Shown here: piece by piece, positions 9,433-17,599 of the stretch
How positions within the stretch are numbered: position 1 is the first letter of the stretch
Layout of the letters: every line of letters starts with the position of its first letter
NCBI GenBank assembly: GCA_009693995.1
Contig: SHWA01000002.1
Span: forward strand, 138 to 64,137
Reading direction: 5' to 3'
DNA from: Alphaproteobacteria bacterium
GTDB lineage: Bacteria > Pseudomonadota > Alphaproteobacteria > SHWA01
Length of the DNA stretch: 64,000 nucleotides
Program-made: the position numbers and the translations under genes
Notes under the pieces: generated by a model
What the model was told of the DNA's origin: nothing
Database searches by the model: none
Seen by the model: only the letters and a program-made list of their open reading frames with translations

Positions 9433-10458
9433 ATGAACGAGATCACCCGGCCCCAGGCCCTGCAGCCAAAGGACTTCGCCTCCGACCAGGAGGTGCGCTG
9501 GTGCCCGGGCTGCGGCGACTACGCGATCTTGAAGGGTGTACAGCGGGCGCTGGCCGACATCGGCACCCCGCCCGAGCAGGTGGTGTTCGTCTCCGGCATC
9601 GGCTGCGCCGCGCGGTTTCCCTACTACCTCTCGACCTATGGCTTCCACACCATCCACGGCCGGGCGCCGCCGGTCGCGACCGGTATCAAGCTCGCCAACC
9701 CCGAGCTCGACGTCTGGGTGGTGACCGGCGACGGCGATGCGCTCTCGATCGGCGGCAACCATCTGCTGCACGTGCTGCGGCGCAACGTGGATCTGCAGAT
9801 CTTGCTGTTCAACAACGAGATCTACGGTCTGACCAAGGGCCAGTACTCACCCACTTCGCGCACCGGCACGCGCTCACCCTCGACCCCGACGGGCTCGGTG
9901 GACAACCCGGTCAACCCGTGCGTGTTCGCCCTCGGCGCCGCGGCGCGGTTCGTGGCGCGCACCATCGACACGGCCCAGAAGCTGATGCCGGACGTGCTGC
10001 GGCGGGCGCACGCCCACAAGGGCGCATCCTTCGTCGAGATACTGCAGAACTGCATCGTCTACAACGACGGCGTGTTCGACGGCGTCACCGACAAGGCGGT
10101 CGCCGCCGACGCCCAGATCCACGTCCAGAACGGCAAGCCGCTGCGCTTCGGCAAGAAGCTGGAGAAGGGGCTCAGGCTCAAGCCCGGCACCCTGACGCTC
10201 GAGGTGGTCCAGGTCGGCGAGGGCGGCGTGGCGGAGGGCGGCATCCTGGCGCACGACGAGACCAACCGGGTGCTGGCCTCGCTTCTGGCCACCATGCAGC
10301 CCCCAGACTTCCCCGAGGCGATCGGCGTGATCTATTGCAGCCCCGCCGACTCCTACGAGACGCTGATGGTGCAGCAGGTGGAAGCGGCCAAGGCCCAGCG
10401 CCCGAACGCGAAACTCAGCGCGCTCTTGCGCGGCGGCCACGTCTGGGAAGTGCAGTAG
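9433..10458 (+). CDS. korB: 2-oxoglutarate/2-oxoacid:ferredoxin oxidoreductase subunit beta (TPP-binding)
   Basis: 341-aa ORF with WCPGCGDY, GIGCAARFPYY and the TPP motif VVTGDGDALSIGGNH...NNEIYGLTKGQ. Confidence 0.85.
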   Translation: MNEITRPQALQPKDFASDQEVRWCPGCGDYAILKGVQRALADIGTPPEQVVFVSGIGCAARFPYYLSTYGFHTIHGRAPPVATGIKLANPELDVWVVTGDGDALSIGGNHLLHVLRRNVDLQILLFNNEIYGLTKGQYSPTSRTGTRSPSTPTGSVDNPVNPCVFALGAAARFVARTIDTAQKLMPDVLRRAHAHKGASFVEILQNCIVYNDGVFDGVTDKAVAADAQIHVQNGKPLRFGKKLEKGLRLKPGTLTLEVVQVGEGGVAEGGILAHDETNRVLASLLATMQPPDFPEAIGVIYCSPADSYETLMVQQVEAAKAQRPNAKLSALLRGGHVWEVQ

Positions 10459-10461
10459 GGC

Positions 10462-11628
10462 TCACTCCCGGGCCGTGGGTGCCGGCGCGCGCAAGCAGCA
10501 GAGCGCGAGCAGCGCCGCCAGGCTGAGCCCGGCCGAGAGGATGAGGGAGTAGAGCCCGACCCGGTCGATCAGCATGCCGAAGAGCAGCGGCGCCGCCGCC
10601 TGGGTCAGGCGCGCCGGCACGCCGATCAGCCCCTGCCGCCGGCCATAGCCCACGGGACCGAAGAGGGCGAGGGGCAGCGTCCCCTTGGCGATCGTCATGA
10701 TGCCGTTGCCGGCCCCGTGGAGGAGCGCGAACGCCGCCGCCGCCGGCGCTCCCAACCCCATCACCAGCCCGGCGCCGATGACGTGGCCGAGGGTGGCGAG
10801 CCGCGCCGTGAGAAGCGGGTGAACGCGGCGCAGGACGCCGAACTCGACCAGGCGCGCCGCCACTTGGGCGGGGCCGATCAGGGCACCGGCCGCGACCGCC
10901 GCGGCCGGCGAGGCGCCGGCGCTTTCCAGCAGGCGCGGCAGATGCGCCGCCATGGCGCCGGCGATGAACCAGCCGGCGGCGAACACAAAGGCGAGGAGGG
11001 CCATGGCGTGGCGCGGCGCCGGCGGCAGCGGCTGGGCCGGCGGCTCCGAGCCCCGCGCTTCTCTCGCCGACGGTAGTCCGAAGAGGTTGAGGGGGAGGGC
11101 AACGGCGAGATGCAGCGCGGCCCAGACCAGGCACGCGCCGCGCCAGCCGAGCTTGGCCTCACACACCGCCGAGAGCGGCCAGGCGACCGTCGAGGCGAAG
11201 CCGGCGATCAGGGTGATGCCGGTGATCGGCGCGCGGGCCGCGCGGCCGTACATGCGGGCGAGGGTGGCGAAGGCGGCGTCATAGAGCCCGATCCCCATGC
11301 CGACGCCGAGCAGCAGCCAGCCGAGCAGCAGCGTCCAGCGGTCCCAGGCGCCGGCGAGGAGGAGAAGCGCGGCGGCGAACACCAGATTGGAGACCGCCAG
11401 CACCACGCGCCCGCCGAACCGGTCGATCGCCCGCCCGGCGCTCGGGCCGAGCGCGGCCGTGAGCAGCAGCGCACCCGAGAAGGCGCCGAACACCCAGGCG
11501 GGGGCGAGGCCGAGCGTCGCGGCCATCGGCGCCGCCAGGATCGCCGGCAGATAGTAGCTCGACCCCCAGGCGAGGGTCTGGGTCACGCCGAGGGTCACGA
11601 CGACCGGGGTGGTTCTGGCAATGGTCAT
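10462..11628 (-). CDS. MFS transporter
   Basis: 388-aa strongly hydrophobic ORF with about 12 predicted TM stretches and the MFS-like loop GRAIDRFGGR. Confidence 0.75.
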   Translation of the reverse strand: MTIARTTPVVVTLGVTQTLAWGSSYYLPAILAAPMAATLGLAPAWVFGAFSGALLLTAALGPSAGRAIDRFGGRVVLAVSNLVFAAALLLLAGAWDRWTLLLGWLLLGVGMGIGLYDAAFATLARMYGRAARAPITGITLIAGFASTVAWPLSAVCEAKLGWRGACLVWAALHLAVALPLNLFGLPSAREARGSEPPAQPLPPAPRHAMALLAFVFAAGWFIAGAMAAHLPRLLESAGASPAAAVAAGALIGPAQVAARLVEFGVLRRVHPLLTARLATLGHVIGAGLVMGLGAPAAAAFALLHGAGNGIMTIAKGTLPLALFGPVGYGRRQGLIGVPARLTQAAAPLLFGMLIDRVGLYSLILSAGLSLAALLALCCLRAPAPTARE

Positions 11629-11717
11629 CGTCCTCGGCGCTGGCTGGCAGTTGGGCGCGTCCTAGTGCACCTATTCAAACACTCTAAATTCCCGTCTGCC
11701 TTCACCCCCACCCCATC

Positions 11718-11757
11718 CCTCCCCCCTTGCGGGGGAGGAGCGGGCGCGAATGCGCCC
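11718..11757. repeat. GC-rich hairpin repeat (CCTCCCCC-N5-GGGGGAGG followed by GGGCGC-gaat-GCGCCC)
   Basis: Two adjacent stem-loops lie in the gap between the REC-MBL gene stop and the MFS gene start. The stem family is the same as at 27963-28109. It could act as a minus-strand terminator. Confidence 0.6.
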
Positions 11758-11804
11758 GATCGCGGGGGGTGCCGGCGAACCAACCAACAGATTGTGGCAG
11801 CGCC

Positions 11805-13034
11805 CTAAAGGCTGACTTCTTCCGCCTCCTTGGGCGCCTTGCAGACCACGGCCGAGCCGCGCTCCTGAATCAGTTGCCGGCAGACCGCGAACTTGGCGTC
11901 GATGGCGTCGTCGTTCTGGTCGGGGTCGTGATGGGAGATGTGCAGCTCCTTGACCTCGGCGCGTACCGCCAGATCGACCACCTGGCTGACGCAGGAATGG
12001 CCCCAGCCGACCTTGGATTCGTATTCGCGGTCGGTGTAGGTGGTGTCGGTGATCAGGATGTCGCACTCGCGCACGAAGTTGGCGAGGCGGTTGACGTAGT
12101 CCTCCGAGAAGAAGTCGCTGTCGGGCAGGAACATCTCGTTGTCGGTGACGTAGCAGACGGCGCGCCCGCCGTACTCGACGTGGTAGCCGAGGCAGTACCC
12201 CGGGTGCGACAGCAGCATGGTCTTCACGGTCACGCCGTCGATCTCGTAGGTCCCCTCTTTCAAGTCACGGAAGGTCACGTAGGCGCCGAACTCGCGGATG
12301 GTGATCGGGAAGTAGACTCCCTCCATCTGCGACGAGATCAGGTCACGCATGGAGAGTTTACCGTGGGAGGCGCCGAGGATCTCGAACTGGTTGCCCTGCA
12401 TGTAGAGCGGCGTGAAGAACGGGAACGCGTTGATATGATCCCAGTACGGGTGCGAGATGAAGATCTTGCCGTCGATGCGCCGCTTGCGCTTGGCCATCAG
12501 CTCGTTCGCCAGCTCCTTGATGCCGCTGCCGCAATCGAAGATGAACAGCTTGTCGTTGGGCATCGTGAGGGCGACGCAGTTGGTGTTCCCGCCGTAGTGC
12601 AGCGAGCGCTGGCCCGACACGGGCAGCGTGCCGCGCACGCCCCAGTACTTGAGCGTCATCTTGTCGGACAGGACGGACAGGATGTCGGGCAGGAAGGAGG
12701 CGGGGCGGATCGGTTTCAGGATATAGCCGTTGGCGCCCATCTCGAACGCGCGCTTGCGGTCGAACTCGTAGGCCTTGCCCGAGAGGATGATGATCTTGAG
12801 CCCCGGCACGTCGGGGGACGCGCGCAGCTGCCGGCACATCTCCAGCCCGTCGAGTTCGGGCATCATGATGTCGAGCAGCACGCAGTCGGGCTTGGCCTGC
12901 GGAATCTCGGCCAGCGCCTCCACGCTGGAGGAGTTGGTAACCACTTCGTGGCCGGCCTTCTCCAGCAGCGCCTTGGCCATGCCGAGGGCGGTCGGATCGT
13001 CGTCGAGCAGATAGAACTTCAGCCGTTCCGCCAT
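11805..13034 (-). CDS. Response-regulator receiver domain fused to an MBL-fold metallo-hydrolase
   Basis: 409-aa ORF. REC domain in the N-terminal ~120 aa (LLDDDP...DCVLLDIMMPELDG...LSGK). The remainder is beta-lactamase fold (FIFDCGSG, ISHPYWDHINAFPFF, HISHHDPD). Confidence 0.75.
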   Translation of the reverse strand: MAERLKFYLLDDDPTALGMAKALLEKAGHEVVTNSSSVEALAEIPQAKPDCVLLDIMMPELDGLEMCRQLRASPDVPGLKIIILSGKAYEFDRKRAFEMGANGYILKPIRPASFLPDILSVLSDKMTLKYWGVRGTLPVSGQRSLHYGGNTNCVALTMPNDKLFIFDCGSGIKELANELMAKRKRRIDGKIFISHPYWDHINAFPFFTPLYMQGNQFEILGASHGKLSMRDLISSQMEGVYFPITIREFGAYVTFRDLKEGTYEIDGVTVKTMLLSHPGYCLGYHVEYGGRAVCYVTDNEMFLPDSDFFSEDYVNRLANFVRECDILITDTTYTDREYESKVGWGHSCVSQVVDLAVRAEVKELHISHHDPDQNDDAIDAKFAVCRQLIQERGSAVVCKAPKEAEEVSL

Positions 13035-13153
13035 GCCGTCATCCGCAGTCTCCCGCCTGGGGACGAAGGCCCGCCCCTGGCCCCATGGCGCCGGCGCCTC
13101 GCCGCTCCAGGACTATACATGCCCCGCCGGGCGTGAGAAATCACCCCCTCGGC

Positions 13154-14221
13154 TCACAAGCCCGAATTGATACGCGCCGCCACGGCGGCGGCATAGGCCC
13201 GGGTGCCGAGCGGCCCGCCGAGGTCCTGGGTCCGCCCCGAGGCGGTCGCGAGCTGGGCATCGACGGCGCGCACCATGGCCGCCGCCGCCTCGGCCAGGGC
13301 GTTCCGCTGGTGCCGGTCCGCCAGCCATTCCAGCATCATTCCGGCCGAGAGCAGAAGCGCGGTCGGATTGGCGCGGTCCTGGCCGGCGATGTCGGGGGCC
13401 GAGCCATGGCTCGCCTGGGCCACCACCCGCTTGTCGCTGGCGTTCACCGAGGGCGCCAGGCCGAGGCCGCCGGACAGCTCCGCCGCCTCGTTGGAGATGA
13501 TGTCGCCAAACATGTTGGTCGCGACCATGACGTCGAAGGCCTCGGGCGTGCGCACCAGGAGGGCAGCGACCGCATCCACCAGCAGCTCGTCGACCGCCAC
13601 GTCGGGAAAGTCCTTCAGCCCCTCCAGAACCCCCTCGCGGAACAGGCCGTCGGAGATCTTGAGCACGTTCGCCTTGTGCACGATGGTGAGCCGCTTGCGA
13701 CGCCGGCGGGCCACCTGGCCGGCGACGCGGCCGATGCGCTGCGAACACTCCCGAGTGATGCGCCGGACCGCCAGCGCGAGGTCGGGCGTCGGCATGAACT
13801 CCCCCGACCCCAGCGCCATGTTGCGGTCGGCGTAAAAGCCCTCGGTGTTCTCGCGCACGATCACCAGGTCCATCCGCGGCACTACCGCCGGCACGCCCAG
13901 GCGGGTGCGCGAGGGGCGGATGTTGGCGTAGAGATCCAGCCGCTTGCGGATCGTCGCCGACGGATTGATGCCACCCTGCTCGGGCGGCGGGTAGGAGGCC
14001 GAGGAGACCGGACCGAGCACGACACCGGCGGCGGCCTCGGCCTTGGCCACCACGTCCGCGTGCAGCGTGGTGCCGTATGACTCCAGCCCTTTGAACCCGA
14101 TCTGCTCGGACTCCAGCGCTAGGCCGAGGCCGAAGCGGGCATCCAGCGCCCGGAGCGCGACCTCGGTCGCCGCCGTGATCTCGGGGCCGATGCCGTCGCC
14201 AGGCAGCAGCAAGATCCTCAT
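13154..14221 (-). CDS. Isocitrate/isopropylmalate dehydrogenase family oxidative decarboxylase (substrate unknown)
   Basis: 355-aa ORF with MRILLLPGDGIGPEI, LYANIRP, IVRENTEGFY, NMFGDIISNEAAELSGGLG and HGSAPDIAG. Confidence 0.8.
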   Translation of the reverse strand: MRILLLPGDGIGPEITAATEVALRALDARFGLGLALESEQIGFKGLESYGTTLHADVVAKAEAAAGVVLGPVSSASYPPPEQGGINPSATIRKRLDLYANIRPSRTRLGVPAVVPRMDLVIVRENTEGFYADRNMALGSGEFMPTPDLALAVRRITRECSQRIGRVAGQVARRRRKRLTIVHKANVLKISDGLFREGVLEGLKDFPDVAVDELLVDAVAALLVRTPEAFDVMVATNMFGDIISNEAAELSGGLGLAPSVNASDKRVVAQASHGSAPDIAGQDRANPTALLLSAGMMLEWLADRHQRNALAEAAAAMVRAVDAQLATASGRTQDLGGPLGTRAYAAAVAARINSGL

Positions 14222-14371
14222 GCCAGGTCCTCCAGTCCGCGGGCCGGCATTCTAGGGTGCCGGCACCCGCGCGATCCAGTGTGCACCGCCGCCTCTGTGC
14301 CCCGCCGCCTCTTGCAGCGGCAGGCCGATGCCCCGAGACTGCCGCCCTCGGCGGGCAAGGGAGAGACCGGA

Positions 14372-16717
14372 ATGGGCGAGTTCGGCTTCGGGCAATCGGT
14401 CCCGCGCAAGGAGGACCTCAGGCTCCTGACCGGGCGCGGCCGCTACGCCGACGATCTCGACCTGCCCGGCCAGGCGCACGCCTGGATGGTGCGCTCGCCC
14501 CACGCCCATGCCCGCATCCTGAAGATCGACGCGTCCCAGGCGCTGGCCGTCCCCGGCGTGGCTCTGGTGCTCACTGGCGCGGATGTGCGGGCCGCCCGGC
14601 TCAAGGGCATGCCCTGCACCATGATGCCGAAGGATGCTCGGGGGGCGGATGGGCTGGGCGCCGGCCCGTTCGTGCCCGAGTATCCCGTGCTGGCCGATGG
14701 CGTGGTGCGCTTCGTCGGCGAGAGCGTCGCCATGGTGGTGGCCGAGACCCGCGGCGGCGCCCGCGACGCCGCCGAGCGCCTGGTGGTCGATTACCAGCCG
14801 CTGCCGGCGGTGATCGACCTGACGGCCGCGGCCCGCGCCGATGCCCCGCGCGTCTTCGCGGGCACCGGCGGCAACATCGGCTTCGTCTTCGAGCAGGGGG
14901 ATGCCGCCCGGGTCGCCGCCGCGTTCGCCGGCGCCGAGCGCGTGGTGCGCCGCACCCTGGTCAACAACCGCGTGGTGGTCGCCGCCATGGAGCCGAGGGG
15001 CGCGCTCGGCAGCTTCGATGCCCTCTCCGGCCGCTACACGCTGCATGCGCCGACCCAGATGCCCCACGGCCTCCGCCGTGCGGTCACCACCGTGATGGGC
15101 CTGGCGGAGACCGACCTCAGGGTCGTGGTCACCGACGTCGGCGGCTCGTTCGGCATCAAGAACTCGATCTATCCGGAGCTGCCGCTTGTCCTGCTCGCCG
15201 CGCGGCGCTTGGGGCGGCCGGTGAAGTGGATGGCCGAGCGCAGCGATTCCTTCCTCGCCGACTTCCACGGGCGCGACAATTTGAGCGAGGCGGAACTGGC
15301 GCTGGACCGGGACGGCACCTTCCTCGCCTTGCGCGTCACCACCTTGGCCAATCTCGGCGCCTATCTCGCCGAGCGCGGGCCGGCGTCGCCGACCGTAAAC
15401 CTGGCGGCCCTCGTCTGCGCCTACCGCACGCCGGCGATCCACGTCACGGTGCGGGGCGTCTATACCCATACCGTGCCGACCGACGTCTACCGCGGCGCCG
15501 GGCGGCCCGAATCCATCTATGTGATCGAGCGCATGGTGGATGCGGCGGCGGCCGAACTCGGGCTGGACCCGATGGCGCTGCGCCAGAAGAACCTGATCCG
15601 CCGCGACGCGCTCCCCTACCCCACGCCCATGGGCCAGCGCTACGACGTCGGCCATTTCGAGCACAACCTGGCGGAGGCGATCCGGATCGCCGACCTGGCC
15701 AGCTTCAAGGTGCGCCGGGCTGCCGCGGCCAAGCGCGGGCGTCTTGCGGGCATCGGCTTCGGCAACATGGTGGAGCGCGCTGCCGGGCGCTGGGCGGAGA
15801 TGGCGGAGGTGCGCCTCGACGCTTCGGGCCGCGCCACCGCGCTCATGGGCAGCCAGTCGAACGGCCAGGGCCACGAAACCGCCTACGCCCAGATCGTCGC
15901 CGATCGCCTAGGCCTGAGCATGGACGAGGTGACGGTGGTGCAGGGCGACACCGACCGGGTGATCACCGGCAAGGGCACCGGCGGCTCGGCCTCCCTGGTC
16001 GCCGCCGGCTCGGCGCTGGGCGCCGCGGTCGAGGCGGTGATCGACAAGGGGAAGCGCATCGCCGCCCACCTGCTGGAGGCGGCTGCGGCCGACGTCGAGT
16101 TCGAGCGCGGGCGCTTCGCCATCGCCGGCACCGACCGCACCGTGTCGCTGAAGGCGGTGGCGAAGACCGCCTACGACGCGGCGACCCTGCCCCCCGGTAT
16201 CACCCCCGGCATCCACGAGGGCGGCACCTACAAGCCGGACAACCCCACCTTCCCCAATGGCTGCCATGTCTGCGAGGTCGAGGTCGATCCCGAGACCGGC
16301 CGCATCGCGGTCCTGTCCTATGGCATGGTGCAGGACTTCGGCCGGGTGCTGAACCCGCTGCTGCTGGCCGGGCAGATGCACGGCGGCACGGTGCAGGGCC
16401 TGGGCCAGGCGGTCTGCGAGCGCACCGTCCACGATCCCGAAAGCGGCCAGCTCCTGTCGGCGTCATTCATGGACTACTGCCTGCCCCGCGCCGACGACGT
16501 GCCGAGCTTCACCCTGGTGCTGCACGAAGTGCCGGCGCCCTCCAACCCCCTCGGCGTCAAGGGCTGCGGCGAGACTGGCGCCGCCGGCGCCCCGCCGGCC
16601 CTGGTGAACGCGGTGCTCGATGCGCTCCGCACCCTCGGCGTCAAGACGATCGACATGCCGCTCACGCCCGAGCGCGTGTGGTCGGCGATCCAGGCGGCGG
16701 GCGCCCGCGCCGGTTGA
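14372..16717 (+). CDS. Xanthine dehydrogenase/CoxL-family molybdopterin-binding large subunit (form-II-like VYRGAGR motif)
   Basis: ATG at 14372 is preceded by GGGAGAG and gives MGEFGFGQSVPRKEDLRLLTGRGRYADD, the typical large-subunit N-terminus. Active-site-loop-like VYRGAGRPE is present. No small (2Fe-2S) or medium (FAD) subunit gene is adjacent. Confidence 0.8.
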   Translation: MGEFGFGQSVPRKEDLRLLTGRGRYADDLDLPGQAHAWMVRSPHAHARILKIDASQALAVPGVALVLTGADVRAARLKGMPCTMMPKDARGADGLGAGPFVPEYPVLADGVVRFVGESVAMVVAETRGGARDAAERLVVDYQPLPAVIDLTAAARADAPRVFAGTGGNIGFVFEQGDAARVAAAFAGAERVVRRTLVNNRVVVAAMEPRGALGSFDALSGRYTLHAPTQMPHGLRRAVTTVMGLAETDLRVVVTDVGGSFGIKNSIYPELPLVLLAARRLGRPVKWMAERSDSFLADFHGRDNLSEAELALDRDGTFLALRVTTLANLGAYLAERGPASPTVNLAALVCAYRTPAIHVTVRGVYTHTVPTDVYRGAGRPESIYVIERMVDAAAAELGLDPMALRQKNLIRRDALPYPTPMGQRYDVGHFEHNLAEAIRIADLASFKVRRAAAAKRGRLAGIGFGNMVERAAGRWAEMAEVRLDASGRATALMGSQSNGQGHETAYAQIVADRLGLSMDEVTVVQGDTDRVITGKGTGGSASLVAAGSALGAAVEAVIDKGKRIAAHLLEAAAADVEFERGRFAIAGTDRTVSLKAVAKTAYDAATLPPGITPGIHEGGTYKPDNPTFPNGCHVCEVEVDPETGRIAVLSYGMVQDFGRVLNPLLLAGQMHGGTVQGLGQAVCERTVHDPESGQLLSASFMDYCLPRADDVPSFTLVLHEVPAPSNPLGVKGCGETGAAGAPPALVNAVLDALRTLGVKTIDMPLTPERVWSAIQAAGARAG

Positions 16718-16764
16718 CAGACGGGACGGAATACTTACGATCGCTCTCGCATCTTGACCATTTT

Positions 16765-16780
16765 GTCCAAAATATTGGAC
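16765..16780. promoter_or_regulatory. Inverted repeat GTCCAA-aata-TTGGAC in an A/T-rich patch upstream of iclR (candidate operator)
   Basis: Seen directly. It lies between two TTGAC hexamers (16754-16758, 16781-16785), 16 nt upstream of the likely iclR ATG at 16796. Confidence 0.35.
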
Positions 16781-16795
16781 TTGACTCGGGGACGG

Positions 16796-17599
16796 ATGGA
16801 CGCCAACCACTCGGTGCCAGCCCGCGCGGCCGGCACCACGCCCGGCCGGGCCTATGGGCGGCTGCTGGAGCTATTGCAGGCGCTCGCCGACTCGCCGGCG
16901 GGCCAGAGCGCGCCGCAACTCGCCGCGCGCCTCGGCATGCCGCGCTCGAGTCTCTTCCTGATGCTGCAGGACTGCCGCGAGCGCGGCTATGTCGAGAGCG
17001 CCGGCGGGCTGGTGCGCGCGGGCCCGCGCCTGGTGCGGCTCGGCTTCGAGATCGCCGGCGCCTTCGCCGTGCGCCGCCTGGCGCGGCCGGTGCTGGAATC
17101 GCTGGCGCGCGAGACCGGCCAGGACGTCTATCTCGGCATCCGCCGCGGGCTGGCCGCGATCTATGTCGAGGTGGTCGAGGGCGCCGAGGCGATCCACCTG
17201 AACATGGCCCGCGGCTCGGCGCGGCCGCTGCACGCCACCGCCGTCGGCAAGCTGCTGCTGGCCCACGCGCCGCGCGAGGTGGTTGCGGCGGTAGTGGGGG
17301 GCGGGCTGCCGCGGGTGACCGCGCGCACCATCGTCGACCCCGAGCGCCTGCGGCGCGAGCTGGCCTTGATCCGCGCCCAGGGCTTCGCCACCTCGGAGGG
17401 CGAGGCGATCGAGGGCATCAACGCCATCGCCGTACCGATCTTCGGCCGCGACGGCGAGATCGCCGGCATCTCCATGGCGCAGCCGGGCACGCCCCCCTTC
17501 CGCGATGCCGACCTCTTGATCGCCAAGATGCGCGCCGCCGCGGCCCGCATCGAACGCCTGGGCGGCGGCCCGACCCCGGTCGCGGACACGCAATCATGA
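16796..17599 (+). CDS. IclR-family transcriptional regulator
   Basis: N-terminal wHTH (LELLQALADSPAGQSAPQLAARLGMPRSSLFLML) and a C-terminal IclR effector domain. ATG 16796 is preferred over the ORF-track start 16754 because the latter covers the A/T-rich promoter-like patch. The stop overlaps the hyuA ATG (ATGA). Confidence 0.8.
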   Translation: MDANHSVPARAAGTTPGRAYGRLLELLQALADSPAGQSAPQLAARLGMPRSSLFLMLQDCRERGYVESAGGLVRAGPRLVRLGFEIAGAFAVRRLARPVLESLARETGQDVYLGIRRGLAAIYVEVVEGAEAIHLNMARGSARPLHATAVGKLLLAHAPREVVAAVVGGGLPRVTARTIVDPERLRRELALIRAQGFATSEGEAIEGINAIAVPIFGRDGEIAGISMAQPGTPPFRDADLLIAKMRAAAARIERLGGGPTPVADTQS

